DNA of 63,551 bases, filler included, from Rhabdomonas costata (Eukaryota), in assembly GCA_019059605.1 (NCBI GenBank). It is 22 parts of 22 records of this genome, joined end to end, with 100 filler letters (N's around TTAATTAATTAA, not from the genome) between each part and the next. Parts side by side here need not be neighbours in the genome. Positions count along the whole stretch, not along the records: positions 1 to 2,798 come from JAHMHO010002037.1; positions 2,899 to 5,696 come from JAHMHO010002038.1; positions 5,797 to 8,591 come from JAHMHO010002039.1; positions 8,692 to 11,488 come from JAHMHO010002040.1; positions 11,589 to 14,384 come from JAHMHO010002041.1; 17 more parts are not named here. One strand, given 5' to 3'. The first letter of the stretch is position 1. Every line of letters starts with the position of its first letter. Made by a program: the position numbers and the translations under genes. This document shows positions 1 through 13,400 of the stretch, piece after piece. The notes beneath the pieces are model-generated. The model saw only the letters and a program-made list of their open reading frames with translations, was not told the DNA's origin and made no database searches.

Positions 1-480
1 TTTTGTCTTGCCAGGACACCCATTGTGTTTGCCATTTTGCGCCCCTTTTTTCTTCCGCACGTGCGCTGTCCTTCTCACCGCTTTACCGCCACTTCGTTTC
101 CCATTCCTTGTGTTTCGTTCAGTGAAATTTTGAACACTTCTTCAAACATGCCTTTTTGTCACCCTTTGCATTTCCTTGTATTTTGAATTTTACAGTTTTG
201 GTATCTTTTATATTAAAATAGTTTGAGCTCGGTCAGATATGTGAGGTTTGTCCTGTCCAGTGTCCTGCAGTCCAGCAAAGGTCCCAAATCGCTAATAATT
301 CGCCCGTGATGTGGAGGCCTGGTGGTGGGCCAGCGGGTATAGGACGGATTCCTCGTTGAACGGAAGGGAGGTGGGGTGGTGGTAAAATGCTTGCACAGCA
401 TAATCTCATCATCTCACGATCTTGGTTGTTTGGCCAAACCCCCTATTACAGGGGTACCCTACCTATCCCAGAGGGTCCTG

Positions 481-775
481 AGTCTGGAATCGAAAATTGT
501 TTTGCTGAAGCCACACTGCAGCACAACTGAAGCCACACCATAATAACGGTTTAACAATAAATCCTCAAGCATTTAAAACACTGGGGCTTAAGCCGAAGCG
601 CAAGAAACGGCTGAGCGCTGGTCCTTGCACCAAAGGCCAGTCATTTCCATTTTTGGCGGCTCAATTCCTCCTTAACGCGTGGCTTCAGTGGGCTTCAGCG
701 GCCTTCAGTGTGGGCTTCTGTGAGGCTTCAGTTGGGCTTCAGGACAAAGCAGTTTTTAATTTGATAATAAGACTA
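481..775. mobile_element. Candidate MITE with degenerate terminal inverted repeats and reiterated CTGAAGCC subterminal motif
   Basis: The left end reads agtct...aaaattgttttg-ctgaagcc with CTGAAGCC repeated at 505-535. The right end has 5-6 GGCTTCAG-like copies (682-742), then gacaaagcagttttt...agact, the approximate reverse complement of the left end. No convincing ORF inside. Confidence 0.5.
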
Positions 776-1928
776 CAATGTGGATTTGCCTTTTCAACGG
801 CCTTTCGACCGCTTTTAAAGCAAAATAGACGGCAGTTACCTGTATTTGGCGATGAGCACGGAGCGAAACGACGCCGTGGGCAAAAACAAAGCATACGATA
901 GCCAAGTTTTGCACTTTAAACAAAACTTCATCACAAAAATTTCATCAAGCAACTTGGTTTAAATTGGGGGCAAAACCATCATGCTTCATCGTGCCAAAAT
1001 TTGTCAGAAATACCACAACAAATTTGACCCTAATTCATGTGACAAAACTCAAAAAAAAAATCTTCTTGCAAACGCAAATAATCTGCGTCATTGTCCCCTC
1101 TTCCCTCTTGGAGAGATGGGACAATGTTAGGTCTGCGCAGGTACCACAACATTGACTTTTCGGGGGACAGGGGGACAAAACTGACGACAATTTTGGCTAG
1201 TTTTGGACATTTTTTTGTGAGGATTGCGGGCTGCGCCATCCCCACCGTACTCTTGGCACCCCGTTTGTGCGGGCATGCAGTGGCGTAGAGCGTGAGCTAC
1301 ATGGTCGGTTCCCGGGTGCTCTCCTCCGGGCTCCTCTCCGTCGGACAGCTGAAGCCCGCAAGGGTGAAACGAGCGGCTAGTGCTTAGTGTGATTCTCTCC
1401 AAGGTAAGTTCTCCCGGAGAATCGCCAATATTTTGTTCCGAAATAATCCGATTCAACAATGAAAAATGCTGTTTTCCCCTTCCTAATTCTAGATTAGCTT
1501 TTTGTTTTTGTGGTACGTGCCCGCCCGCCCACCTGTGATGCGAAATTTATCTAATCAAAATTAATTAATTAATAATTAATAATTCATGCCCATTACAGTA
1601 CTGAGTGCAATCATCTTTTCGATCCCCTGTGTACCTTCAGTCGGGATCTTATCAGTTTCCCTTGCTTTTCAGTCAGAAGGCTCCATCTTTACCTTTGCAT
1701 TCATGGGAGCAACGGGGCGCAGCTTAATTCGCCAGCTACGCGGGTCCAAGCACGACAAAGATGCAAGTCCCTGTCGTTGCCTGGCTCCTTAGTCAATCAT
1801 TCCTCTTTGGTTTTCTATCCTTGTTTCTCTGCCACACCACCTTAATGCACCGGCCTCATTCACGATTTGCAGCAAACCCCAAGGCGAACCGCAACTGACA
1901 AAAAACGTCACAACAAAAACATTCAAAC

Positions 1929-2136
1929 CTTGCTGAATCTGGTAAACATCATCCAAAGTCACAGGAACAGAAAGAAGAACATCCCCAAGTGCTTCATTCT
2001 TTTCTTCTCGTTCAACTAAAATTCTGCTTTCGTTTTGGTTTGCCTCCACCTTCACGTAACCAGTGCCTTTCTCATCCCATTGACCGTCACTTCTTAAACA
2101 ATAAAGTTTCACTCTTTTAATCGACTCATCATTCAT
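1929..2136 (-). CDS. PP4R3: PP4 regulatory subunit 3 (SMK-1/Psy2 family), first exon with EVH1/PH-like N-terminal domain
   Basis: KRVKLYCL..DGQWDEKGTGYV...ILV..E....LL...V..DDVYQIQQ matches the family N-terminus (RVKVYxLxxxxxWxDxGTG...YQxQQ). A GT donor follows at 1928. Downstream exons were not found in the contig. Confidence 0.85.
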
Positions 2137-2479
2137 GTCTCATCTTTATTAAGCAAAGGGTTACGCGTAGGTGTAAAGGGAGACGAAATCCCTAATTTCC
2201 TTTTGTATGACATCACCGACCCTCACGGCCCGGCACCGATTTCCAGCCGATTTATTCTAGGACTCAGCGTACTCAACCCCTCTATCACCAGGGCTTCTCA
2301 TCACCCCCAACAGCCATCAACCCTGACATCAGCTGTCACATAGGCTAGAGGGGCCCTGGCATCACATGCGGGTGTTTCGCACCTTAGCAACTTCAATTCC
2401 CTCATCCTGACAATAGCAGTGGTATCCATACTGAGGGACATCTTCGACACCGCACCAAACACCCGAGTGAGAATTGCAC

Positions 2480-2798
2480 AGACACGAAACCCACACCCCA
2501 ACCTCAATTCCAACACTCCAAATCCTGGCCCCACGACACCTCAACCCCAGCCCAACCTCCAACTCAGAACCACCACAGTCACCAACACCAACCCGAAGCA
2601 CCACTCCACGTCCAACTCCAACACCAACACAAACCCACACAGACTGGGCCACCAACCACATAGCCCACGACACAGACACACCGACCCAAGGCCCATCGCC
2701 TCCAACCCAACTCTCCATACCACCATGACCCACATCAACCACAGACCAAGGACGCAACCAACCAACCGACGACACAACTTCCAACCAACACACCCACC
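2480..2798 (+). repeat. Degenerate hexamer-periodic (AACCCN-like) low-complexity tract
   Basis: Units such as caaccc cagccc aacctc ... aacacc aacccg ... aactcc aacacc aacaca aaccca show strong A/C strand skew. The tract produces spurious Pro/Thr/Asn ORFs. Confidence 0.65.
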
Positions 2799-4779
2799 NN
2801 NNNNNNNNNNNNNNNNNNNNNNNNNNNNNNNNNNNNNNNNNNTTAATTAATTAANNNNNNNNNNNNNNNNNNNNNNNNNNNNNNNNNNNNNNNNNNNNGG
2901 GTGGGTTGAATTATTGCTTTCGATTAATGTCATATGTGTATCGCTCCTATAAGTCGCGGGCATGATTTACTCCTAGCCAGAGTTCAGTTTGAGCCCATCT
3001 TTTTTTCGCGGTTATTCTCTTGGGATATGTATCCCGCGGTGGTTGTTTCGCCGGGTCCTCCAAATTGAGAGGTGACTTTTTGCTGGCATCGACATCCGAC
3101 ATCCGGAACACATCAAAATGCCGGATTTCGGTTTTGCTTTCTTACGTTTCCAGAAAAACAGAAAGAAATCCGACTGCGAGAAGAAAACTGCATCCACGAT
3201 GCCGTACGGGACACTTTTTTATGTGCCAAAGGGGACGTTGCACACACGGCACCATAAAGCACGCCAATATCAATGCGGCGTTGCTGTCCTTGTGACACAC
3301 CGAGCCTTCTAGTTTCCACCTTCTGGCTTTAATTCTCGGCTCTCCGTTGGCGATGCCTCTTTGAGGATGCCAAGTACGCTCACTGTCTTGAAGGATGTCC
3401 AGGGGCTTGTGCTCTCTTTCCGGGATGCGGTGGTAGTATTCCGAACGGAAAAGACTTGCCCTGCATTTTGCACTGTGCAGTTCAGACTCATACGCGTTGG
3501 AGATATCATCTGAGAGGCCAGCAGCAGCTAATTCAACCTTACCGATGTCTCCGGAAGGCAGAAGGCGTGATGCAGGGTACGACTGTCTTTTGTCCTTTTG
3601 TCCTTCGTCGCAACAGTGCCTCGTGGTTTACGTGAATTTAGATGGAAGTCTGGAAGTGGCGCACCCCTTACTGCAGCCCTTTCTGCAGCTGACCACTCAG
3701 TAGCAAATTTCACCTTGAAAAGGCGCGGACGAGGACTGTCGCATGCAATGCTGGCATTTCCTGGCTGTCCTTGCTCAACAAATAATCCGGAGAACTCTAA
3801 ACACGCACCCCTTCTCCAGAGAACAGGAGTTGCACTTTTTACCCGCTCCTGCCCTTCCCTTCCGAACCTGGGCACCTGATTTTTGTTTTCGCACGCAGAC
3901 AAACGCAGACAAAGCCCCAAATCCGGCAGGAAATAAGGTTTCAGCTGTTAGGCTGCGAAAGAGCGTTTATTTTCTTAATTCACAATAATTCGGTTATTCT
4001 CACCTTTGAGGTGACACGAGTAATATACGAGTAATATATAATTGACACACTTCTAGCGCAGGCGAGCTTTTCACGGTTGCTATATTTTAGTATTTGCCGA
4101 TTAGCCCATGGAGATGCTTGCAGTCCCGGGCGAGATTCTCGAACTCATATTCTCCTTCTTACGCCGAGGGAGATTTTGCGCATTGAGAAGACCTGTCGTG
4201 GGTTTCTGCGCGTGGGCGAGGACTTGATTGATACTGAGCTGCGTTGTCTTCTGAGAAATCGGCGACCCCCTTTGTGCACTTCCCGGTGGGCTGGTTTGAC
4301 CTTTACTTATCGGTGCCCGAATGTTTTACAACTGCTCTGAGGTACGGCCCGCGTCATCTCAAAAGCAAGTGGTAGGGGTAGACGCCCAAAGAACACGCCG
4401 AAAAGAGGAAAAAACACCTCCCAGTCGAAACCAGTTTTTTATCCACACCTTTTAGCTTCTAAATCCGAAAATACCTGATTTAGAGTGCAAGTTTTTTTTT
4501 GAATTGTGCCATTTTGAGGTGAAGCTGGACATTATTTGACATCTTTTTCGTTGGTCGGGCTTTGGGTAATGAAGGAAAGCAAACTTGTTCTGCGAAGAAC
4601 TATCATCGCCACCCCAGATCCCTTATTATACTCATGACAGGATGTGAGCCATATTGTGTTATGCTGCAGTTTTTTGACTCAGCTTGATTTTGAACTGTAT
4701 TGCATTGTGACCCATGTAAGGACATGAGACTTTTTTGCTGTGTAATTGCAGTTTTCAGATGTTTATGGATCTTTGCTTG

Positions 4780-5345
4780 CTTTATGATCGGTTCTTAGAT
4801 GATCGTCCGGAACGCGCACAGCTTGCTTGCCTGTTGAATGGAAACATTGGGAAAATGCATGGCATCCACCCATCGCCTCTGGTCTGCACCGGTTGTGTGC
4901 ACGTTCATGCGATCATTTACAACATCCTTGCACAATGTGAGTCGGCCGAGAAAAGTGTTGAGGCAGCAAGCGGCCGGGAAAGGCGCGAAATTATGCTCCA
5001 GATCTTAATAAATTATGTACAGATCTTCCTTGAGACGTGCCAGTTTCTTTCATGTTGGGACCGTGACAGGTCTGTCTTTTCTCACTCCAAAGGCTGGGAA
5101 AGGAGGCTACTACTTTTTTTGGGTTCGCGCGAATACGGCTTCTCTCGTATTCCGGTGTGTGGCGGAGAACTCCGTTGGAGGTCGTCACGGTTTGGTGAGT
5201 TTTTTCTTTTGATGGATTTGACGGATTTATGTTGTATGATTGGGCAGTGTGATACGAGAGGCGGTCCAAGCAGTGGCGGTTTCAGCAATAAGGCAATGAC
5301 CGCAGCTTTGCCCCCGTAGCTTTCTGAATTTCGACCTTACTCAAC
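4780..5345 (-). mobile_element. Highly decayed Penelope-like reverse transcriptase relic
   Basis: Across frameshifts, in the correct order: KFRKLRGQSCGHCLIAETA (motif B'-like), NRDDL...EKPYSREPKKS (cf. YIDDI...QDAYGIEYKTT of the 45.4 kb copy), AFGVR (cf. YLGVR), NTFLGRLTLCKD (cf. GGVMCRLVHCQD). Confidence 0.4.
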
Positions 5346-5501
5346 ACTTCGTCTACCATTATACGCATCTCTAAATGTTATGCCCCCCCCCTTGCCTCTG
5401 GTGAACACGCTGCAAGGCGTGTTCTTTCCTTCGTTCATCAATGGCTGGTGTTAATTCTTATGAGAATCGTCGAGAATCGTCGTTTGAGCAGTTGAAAGTG
5501 C

Positions 5502-5583
5502 GGCTTTGTGTGGTGGCCGTCTTGGTGTTCTTTTTGATTTCTCGTGGGAAAGTAATGCGTGAGTTCGAATCTCTCCACTGCCA
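5502..5583 (+). other. tRNA-like (Leu/Ser-type) remnant, possible SINE head or pseudo-tRNA
   Basis: The 3' half gcgtgaGTTCGAATCtctccactgcca has a B-box/T-loop, and an A-box-like tggtggccg..tgg lies upstream. An anticodon arm cannot be formed convincingly. Confidence 0.3.
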
Positions 5584-5902
5584 CTCTCTCTAAGCAACCC
5601 AATCAGGGTTTGTAATATCTGTCTCCTGAAAGATTGGTTTTATGGCGTGGTTTCCAAGATCATCATTTCCAAAAGGAACACCAAGACGGCCACCACNNNN
5701 NNNNNNNNNNNNNNNNNNNNNNNNNNNNNNNNNNNNNNNNTTAATTAATTAANNNNNNNNNNNNNNNNNNNNNNNNNNNNNNNNNNNNNNNNNNNNGGGT
5801 TTTGGGCTCGCACAAATTCTGTGCCGAAGACATCACATGTGAAGGCCGCAAATATATGCATCACATCATTGCACGTCTGACAAGTCCCAAACATGCTGAT
5901 AC

Positions 5903-6598
5903 CTCCTCCACAGCGTCGTGGTTCAGAAGCGTCTCCCCCACATCAACGTCTCCGCTCACGAGAGCCAGGTACCCGTCATCGGTAAGGCACTTAAACATCC
6001 GCCCGAAGATCGAGTCTGCCGCGGGGCCCATCGTCGGGTGCGACTTGTACACCGCCACCTTGTTCTCCGCAAACATCTTCGTGAGAATGTCTACGGGGGC
6101 TTCGTAGTTGCCCGCGCCCAGGATTGCCGCCAGCCCCGGGGTGCTGGAGCGAAACAGCTCGCCTTGGCTGGGAGGCTTTCCAGGCTGCACCCACATCTCT
6201 GCTTTGTACATCGGCCACAGCATCTGATCCACCACAGTGTTGGGGAACACCTTCAGGATTGACTGCCCCCCGAACTCCCTCACGGAGCACTTCGGGGGTT
6301 TCCCGGAAGACGCAAGGGCGGAGTACGTTTGGATAGCAATATCGAGGTGCATCCCGAAGGTCCCGCTGCCCATCAGAAAGGCATTCCCAATCAGAGGGGC
6401 GTTATCGGGGCCATCCCACTTGCGCAGCTGGACGGAACGCTGACCCCACTCCTGAAAGCACTGCTCTGTGGCGGTCTGAATGGTCCTGAGGTACTGCAGC
6501 TTCTTGGAAGCGGGAAGGGAGCTCCACTCCTTAGCTCGAGACGCGGTTCGCTCAACCGCCAGCCGGACGTCAGCTAGCGCACTCACCCTTGCCGCCAT
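5903..6598 (-). CDS. NAD(P)-dependent aldehyde dehydrogenase-like protein, first exon
   Basis: 232-codon GC3-rich exon with AKEWSSLPASKKLQYL, EMWVQPG, AAILGAGNY, DILTKMFAENKVAVYKSHP and LVSGDVDVGETLLNHDAVEE (ALDH NAD-binding domain). Ends at a GTATCA donor. Confidence 0.85.
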
Positions 6599-7899
6599 TG
6601 TAAAAGTAAAGACAATATTGCTGTGGGCATCAACCTCTTCACTCAATTCTTGATGCATGTTTTGGGACAAAAAGCGAACACTTTTCTTTTTCCCCTTTTA
6701 ACGGGTCTTTTAGAGAAAAAATTGTCCTTCCGGAAGGAATCACCAAGCTGAACACTTACGTATACAAAGTAGGGTTCATGGCAAACCCTTGGATATGCTG
6801 AGCGCAAGGCTATATGCGAACACTATGCAGGACACTATGAACGAAAAACCACAGTGGAAGCACACAGCAAAGGAGGCATTTCAACTTGTTTTTTGTCTTG
6901 GTATGGCTGTTGAAAAACCTGGCAGCGATGACCATTTCCTTGGTAGGCGAAATAAAGATGTCCATATAAAAATAATAACGGCATCAAGTCATAAAGTCAC
7001 TTTAAGAGGTATTGGCAAGGGTTTTTTTGAGTTTTGCTTATGCGCTAGTGCATTTATGCCCCCCCCCCGGTAGGGTGAGCTGTGAAGTTTTTTGTCCTCT
7101 TTCTGAGTTTGCAGGGGGTTAGGAGGTGATGCACGTGTTTCCTGGGATTCTAATATAGGGATTTGCAGGGGGTTAGGTGGCGATGCGCGATGCACGGTAA
7201 AATGTGCGGGAAGAGCGTGAGTTTTGATGGGTTGTGCAGAGCCCATGTGTCTGTGACTTGTTCTTTTGTGGAACAAAACGAAACAGGGCCAACATGCAAA
7301 AGTAGAAAGAGGTACAATTCGGGCTTTTGCGAGTTCCACCAAAAGCGCGCATAGGACGGAGGTCCTGCAAAAGGCAAAGAGGAGGAAGATGATTATGCTC
7401 AGCATTGAATAGCTTTGTTGTTGCTTTGTTGTTTTTGCTGTTTTGATGGATTCGTTTGAACAATTCACTTCCCTGTTCTTCACTTATGTATTGTGTACTT
7501 TGATAAACAACACCGGAATATTACAACACCACTGCACATAATTCTTGCACAAAACACAAAATATCGCACAGAGCAAATAAAGGGGGGGATTCTCGGGTGA
7601 ACGAGTGTCATTCCGTGTTGATGACACGGTGATAACACGGAATGGACCAAAGGGGCTTCCTTTTTTTTTCAAGCTCGTTTGGGTCGTCGCCATCATTGCC
7701 TTCCAAAGAGATATGGAGAGGGCGAGATTTGGAGAACAACGAAATGGAGGGAGCGTTCGGCAGTAGGAACGAGTAACGGGTGTGGGAGGGTGAAAGGTAA
7801 AATCGGCCAGAGAGACGGGCAAGGGAGGGTAAGGGGGAGAACTTCGGGTTTTGACAGCATTCAGTGTTTGACCGCGTAGAAAGACATGATATGCTTTTT

Positions 7900-8591
7900 T
7901 GCATTGTGGAGAAGCGGCAGGGTTTTGTCGCATCGCTGTCAGACGTGAAGAGTTGTGCCCATGGGAAACGGCATCTTTGGATTCGGGTGAAAAAGTCATC
8001 TTTGAATGGTTGAATCTGATCACCCCTGTGCTCCACGTGTCAACTGCCTTCCCATAGGGCTTACCCAGAAGCACCTGACCAGAAAGGGTGTGGTTTCTGA
8101 GGTCCTAAAAAAATCGCCTGAAACCTATTTATGCAGCAAGCCCCAACAAAACGCGCTTGGTGATTGCCTGGTGAGGTCCAGGCAGGTTCTTCTGAGTCGA
8201 CGATGTTCTGGGCGCTAGAATTGCTCTGATGATCACCACGTTGGTCACTTTCAGTGAGCTGAATACTGAATAATGTACTGTACCAGTTGGCGTACAACCT
8301 AGTTGAGGGCGAAGCTGAAGCCGCCTGGGTGGTCTTTTAATTGCTTAAAAAGCTCTTTAGGACACACAAGCCGAGATGGTGAATTCAGAGCAGGGAGGTG
8401 CACCTCGGGAGCCATGAACTGCTGGGTCCCCGCAAAGCCGGATGTGAGCTCGTCATCAATCAAGATGCTTTCTCCAAAGTCTGCAATCTTTATGTCCGAG
8501 TCCCCACTGGGCTTCACGATAGGACAGGATGTTCTGCGGCTTGAGGTCGCGGTGCAGGACACCTTTCTTGTGAATGAAATCAACCACCCCC
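7900..8591 (-). pseudogene. CAMK-like Ser/Thr kinase, disrupted
   Basis: HRDLKPQNIL, then a 4-nt frameshift (tcctgtcct), IKIADFG, GTQQFMAPE, an intron (8403-8075), and KPYGKAVDTWSTGVI. This runs directly into a subdomain-XI-like FSPESKDAVS..SRLTA, so the intervening region is missing. Confidence 0.75.
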
Positions 8592-10395
8592 NNNNNNNNN
8601 NNNNNNNNNNNNNNNNNNNNNNNNNNNNNNNNNNNTTAATTAATTAANNNNNNNNNNNNNNNNNNNNNNNNNNNNNNNNNNNNNNNNNNNNGGTGGGTGG
8701 TAAAAATATGAACCTTTTTACCACCTTGAACCTTTTTACCACTTTTCTGTCGCTCCCTGACGGAACTGGCACAACTGGCACCCATTGCTTGGTGATTGGT
8801 ATCGATGATCTGACATTTTCCGCCCCTGCAATTGAAAAGAGAACGATGAACCCTTCGCTGCGTTGGGGAAGCATCACAAAATTTTATTTGAAATTGCGGA
8901 AAAAGCCGCCAAGGGGCACGGTTGGGTACCGGACTGAGGGTGCAAGAACCGCCCACGCAGCGTTTCGGGAGGTCCACTGTACGCAGAAAAGACTGCTTCG
9001 GTTTCGCCCTCTAAAGTTGAATGTGTGGCTGAATTTTTTCTGAATTGAAGTCATACACGCTTGTTAAAAATAAAGAGAGACCAGTTTATGAGGGGGCTTT
9101 CCGTTTTTCCTTTTGAAACGCGCCAGCTGGCTTGCGTTGTCGCACCCCCCGGGAGTTCAGGCAGCATTTCTGGAGAGGAACCGTGGGGTTGGGTTGGGAG
9201 CATCGACCAGTGATTTCCCTCCCGCAAGATAGGTCCAGCTCCGGATCAGAGGAGGGAGTGGAGCCCCGTTCTCTTTCTTGCAAGTTTCAAAATTCGCCAA
9301 ACGAACTTGGCCATAAGGCGACTGCACAATTGAGCATGAGTATAGGATGTTCTGGGTTTCACACAAGATGCAAACCAAAAACACAAAGCCAACTAGCTAG
9401 CGGCAATATGTGTGAGAAGTGGGCGTGTGAGGCCGTTGGGGCTGCAGTAGCGCTTGAGTCCCGTCCTGCGCCACCCGTTCTTAGGTGGGTCAAACAATGC
9501 CGGAGTCCTATCAAAGTCGCTTTCACAATGCAGTGCTATTTGGCGCTGTGTTTTGACCTGCACCCCCTAACTGTTGCCCCTCCTCCTCCTCCACAGCTTC
9601 AGTTGACCAGGGACGAAACATCCGAGGCCTTCGTGCAGCACGCGAGCGTTCTTCTCGCCAAGCTTGTGTGTTCAAACTCCTCGCTTTGTGCATGCAACTG
9701 TCAGCACAGGGGTGTTTTTTCTGTCATGGGGAAGCTTTTGGCCCGCTTCAGCCACCCACCCAAAGTAATCCGGAATTTGAGCGAATATGACAATGACAGG
9801 AGATGTACATGAATTCAGGGCAGCAGAATTGATGATCAAATGATCAAATGATCAAATCTATTCATTTTTCAGTGGGCTTGGCCGTGGACTGACCCTCCAA
9901 AATAAGCCTAAGTCTAAGCCAAAGATGGTACCTAGTTCCACAAATAGAACACAGCGAGGTTGACTTTACGATGTTTAACCGTCAAACACCTCTTTTGACA
10001 ACCCCTCCACGTATGTGCATCGCAATGGAACACAGGAGCGGAGGCGATGCGTGATTGCTCTTGCAACTGTCAGGTTCTTCAGGTCAAAGAAGTGCTTCCA
10101 GCTTCGATCGAGCAGCACATGGGACACCTGCGGGGCCTCTCTGTGTGTTGAGCTTCTGCTTCTGACTCGGGGGGGGGTCTTTTCCAACATCAAGGAAGTC
10201 ATTAGCTGTGTCATTGCTCTGTTCTTTTTTGAATGATGTCTTTCTGGCCCGTGCCAGTTTATCCATGAGTTCAGCTTCCAGTGGTGTGTATTGTGACTGT
10301 GGCCTCGTTTCTGGTTGGGGAATGTTTGTTTTCCGCTTCGCGTCCTCCGCCTACTCCTCACTCGCCCGTTTGCGAAAAAAGAAGCCAAGCTGTCC

Positions 10396-10434
10396 CACCT
10401 GCATAATCGCAGGTGACCTGCATAATCGCAGGTG
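10396..10434. repeat. Tandem 19-nt duplication, each unit a hairpin (acctgc-ataatc-gcaggt)
   Basis: Read directly: cacctgcataatcgcaggtg acctgcataatcgcaggtg. Confidence 0.85.
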
Positions 10435-13400
10435 ACAGAAGACCTGCACAGTGCTGCATCACCACCAGGCATCGGAAAGATATTATCTGCCGAGAACTCA
10501 TGCGCACACACACGCACGCGCACACACATTGGCGTCGGTCCTTGTAGTCCTGCCCTGGCCTTCTCAGGGACTTTCTCTGCAACCCTTGACAGGCAGCTCA
10601 CTTGAGCTTCAGACAAGCCAGCTGCTGCAGGTGTGAGAAATGCGCTGGAGAAGCTTTCACCTAACTTTTCCCGCCTTGTGAAGTGGCTCTACCCCTCAGC
10701 TCGAGTTCACACCCCTTCCTTGCTTCCCCTTCTTTGGGGCGCCTCTTTACTTTCCAAAATCTTTCCATGCAAAGGAACGATTTCGTTGCACCTCTGCGGC
10801 ACCCGTACCCCTTCCACAGAGCGAGCATTGCGCTCGGGTAGCGCTGCAGGAGACCCTGCTGAACCAGCTGGAGGCTGACTACATGGCGGACTTGGTTGCC
10901 GCCCAGAGCCTTCACCTCGCTGCCCGCGGACAGGCACAGGTTCCCACCTTTGGGTCGGGGTGCTATGTGGGTATCCCTTTCTGGGGGCGGGCTATGTCTT
11001 GTGTGTTCGTGTGGTGAGAAGCTTTAAAACATGCCGACGAGATCACTCACTAGTGTGGGTCAGTTGATGTTGATCTTGGGAGAGGGGGCGGAAGAAGATG
11101 ATGACGGAAATTCCTGTTTTAGCCGGAAGGGAACAACGTTATTCGTGGCAAGGCAGCAACCGGTTGGACGGGATGTGTGTGTATGTGACGCCAGTACCCC
11201 CAAAATTAAATATGCGGACCTTCCGGTTGCCATGCTTTTGGAGGACGACTTGGAACAGCATTTGCTAGGGGGCGGTGGGCAATGGACACAACTGTCCCCA
11301 AGTCAAGAAGAAAACACAACAACTGCCTGGAGACGAGAAGAACAGTATCAGTTGTGCCGAACCGCTTTGCTCGAAGTGCTGGCGTCCCGGAGTCTCTGCT
11401 GTCCAAAACAGACCGAGGAGGAGTGGAGCTCCTCTTCTTTCCGGACGGCAAAGCTTTGCACAAGCTGCATCCCAACCCCCACCACACCNNNNNNNNNNNN
11501 NNNNNNNNNNNNNNNNNNNNNNNNNNNNNNNNTTAATTAATTAANNNNNNNNNNNNNNNNNNNNNNNNNNNNNNNNNNNNNNNNNNNNTTTTTTTGGTTG
11601 GCCTTCCACTCCCGCTGACTGCAAGCGTTACCAGCAGCAGCACCTCCAGCAGTAGCCGCAGGGGCAGTGGCTTGCTCCCCGACAGCGCATCACCAAAGGA
11701 TGGGACCCCCGTCCGGTCTGCGTTGAAGGCCGCGGAGGGCCCGCTGCCCGTGGCAATTCCCTTGGAGCATACTTCCGCGAAGGGGCATCTAGCCGCACAG
11801 GTGCCTGAAGTGAGGAATGACTGCACTCGATTCGCGCTGCAGGCGCACGACAGTGGTTCACCCCTTGTCGTTTCGAATGGTTGCCAGGACTTAGTAGTAG
11901 TACGTTTCCAGCAACCACGATGAGCGTTTCTAAGGTACGCTGAGAGAATGCTAAGGACTAATATTAACGTAAGTAGTTGTGATGCAAGATAAGTTTTCAA
12001 TAATTCACAGCAAAAGCAGAAACAGAATGTCTCACTGTGAGTGCCAGCACAATGGGGGACTGCAAGATTGCTCCAGGAACGGCAATGCAGGCCGCTGGGG
12101 GGAGTGCTAACGCATTCCAAAATAAAGTTCAAGGGGAGCAGGGCACAAACAAAACAAAAAGAAAGAAACAACGAGAGTCTCCGAAAGTCTTCGTCCTATC
12201 TTTGTGATCCAGTTGCGACACCAATACTTTCCCAATCTACTGAGAGTGTAGAGATTATGGGAATGCAATTCACGAGGGCCTTTTGCGTCTGCTGTAATTC
12301 CTGCACTTTTTTAGGCTGGAATTCCACCCAAGATTGCAGCCCAGCCTGTCCCCATAGCACCGGGTGTGCCACTCAGTGGTCTGTGTGCGCTGCCCCCCTC
12401 CGTGCTGGAATCTGTGCCTCTTGGCAGCCTCCGCCCGGAACTCAGTCTTCAGTCCACCCCTTCCTCTAGGGCGTTGCCTCAACCCTCTTCGGATCCCTCC
12501 CTCCTTCCGCTGCCCCCGCTCCAACTTGACGGGGACAGGACACCATCCTACCTAAGACCGCAACTCCTGGGCAACGTATGTTGTCTGTTTTGCGCACGCG
12601 CGTTTGTGCTCGACGTCTATTCTGTTGAAATGCGCTAACTTGCCTGTTTCGCGCCTATCTGGACGTGTTCAAGGAATTGGCAGCTCCACCTTCTTAGCGG
12701 AGAACCTCCCTTTGATTATAATACCCTAGTAGCAAGCATGGATGCCCCGTCCTCCATCCACAGGTTGTTGTGGATGTGCCTCTGAGGGGGCCAGCAGTGG
12801 AGGAGTTAACAGCGTCACCCCTGCCTTTGGGCTCCGCAGCAGACGAAGAGCGGCACCGGCGTGCCGATTTGCAGATTCGGATCATTAGAACGCTCCTGGT
12901 ATGCCACCCTGGGCATTCTTCATCGTGGGAAAAGTGATTTTAGAATTCCACTATTTGCCAGTACACGCCTTCACGTGGCCTCCAGGATTCATCGTGGAAT
13001 TTGTGCAAACGACTCATTGGCAAATGTTGTAACTGCCAGCATATGTAGCGGCTGTGGCGGTTGACAGGCGGTTGTCAGCAGGTCCTATATCCCCTCTGTC
13101 TTTTCTCTTTTTTCTCCCTCTTCAGGCAAGAGAATTCTCAAGTACCCAACTTCAGCAGATTTTATCGCTTGTTGAGCGGGTGCGGTGCTTGCCACCTCTT
13201 TTCCAATTTGTCGCTTCAATATTCCGCCTCGTTTAGTGCCACCCTCGTTTCCTGTTTGTCCTCAGACATGATTGAGGCCATGCTCTTCTTGCGTACCCGG
13301 CAGCTAACGTCGGATGCCCAGGTTGTAGGGATGAGCCAGTTTGCAGCCCTCGACATAAGCTGGCTGGCCACAACGCTGACCATTCGATGGCTGTCTCCGA

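Noticed and set aside
2301-2850. Pro/Thr/Asn- or Val/Gly-rich ORFs in several frames
   Set aside because: They are by-products of the skewed hexamer tract.
5510-5696. 21-bp inverted repeat as MITE TIRs
   Set aside because: The second arm is the very end of the contig, consistent with fold-back priming, and no TSD can be checked.
8000-8030. Non-canonical intron after kinase WSTGVI
   Set aside because: The downstream sequence continues in frame into a subdomain-XI-like segment. A deletion in a pseudogene explains it better.
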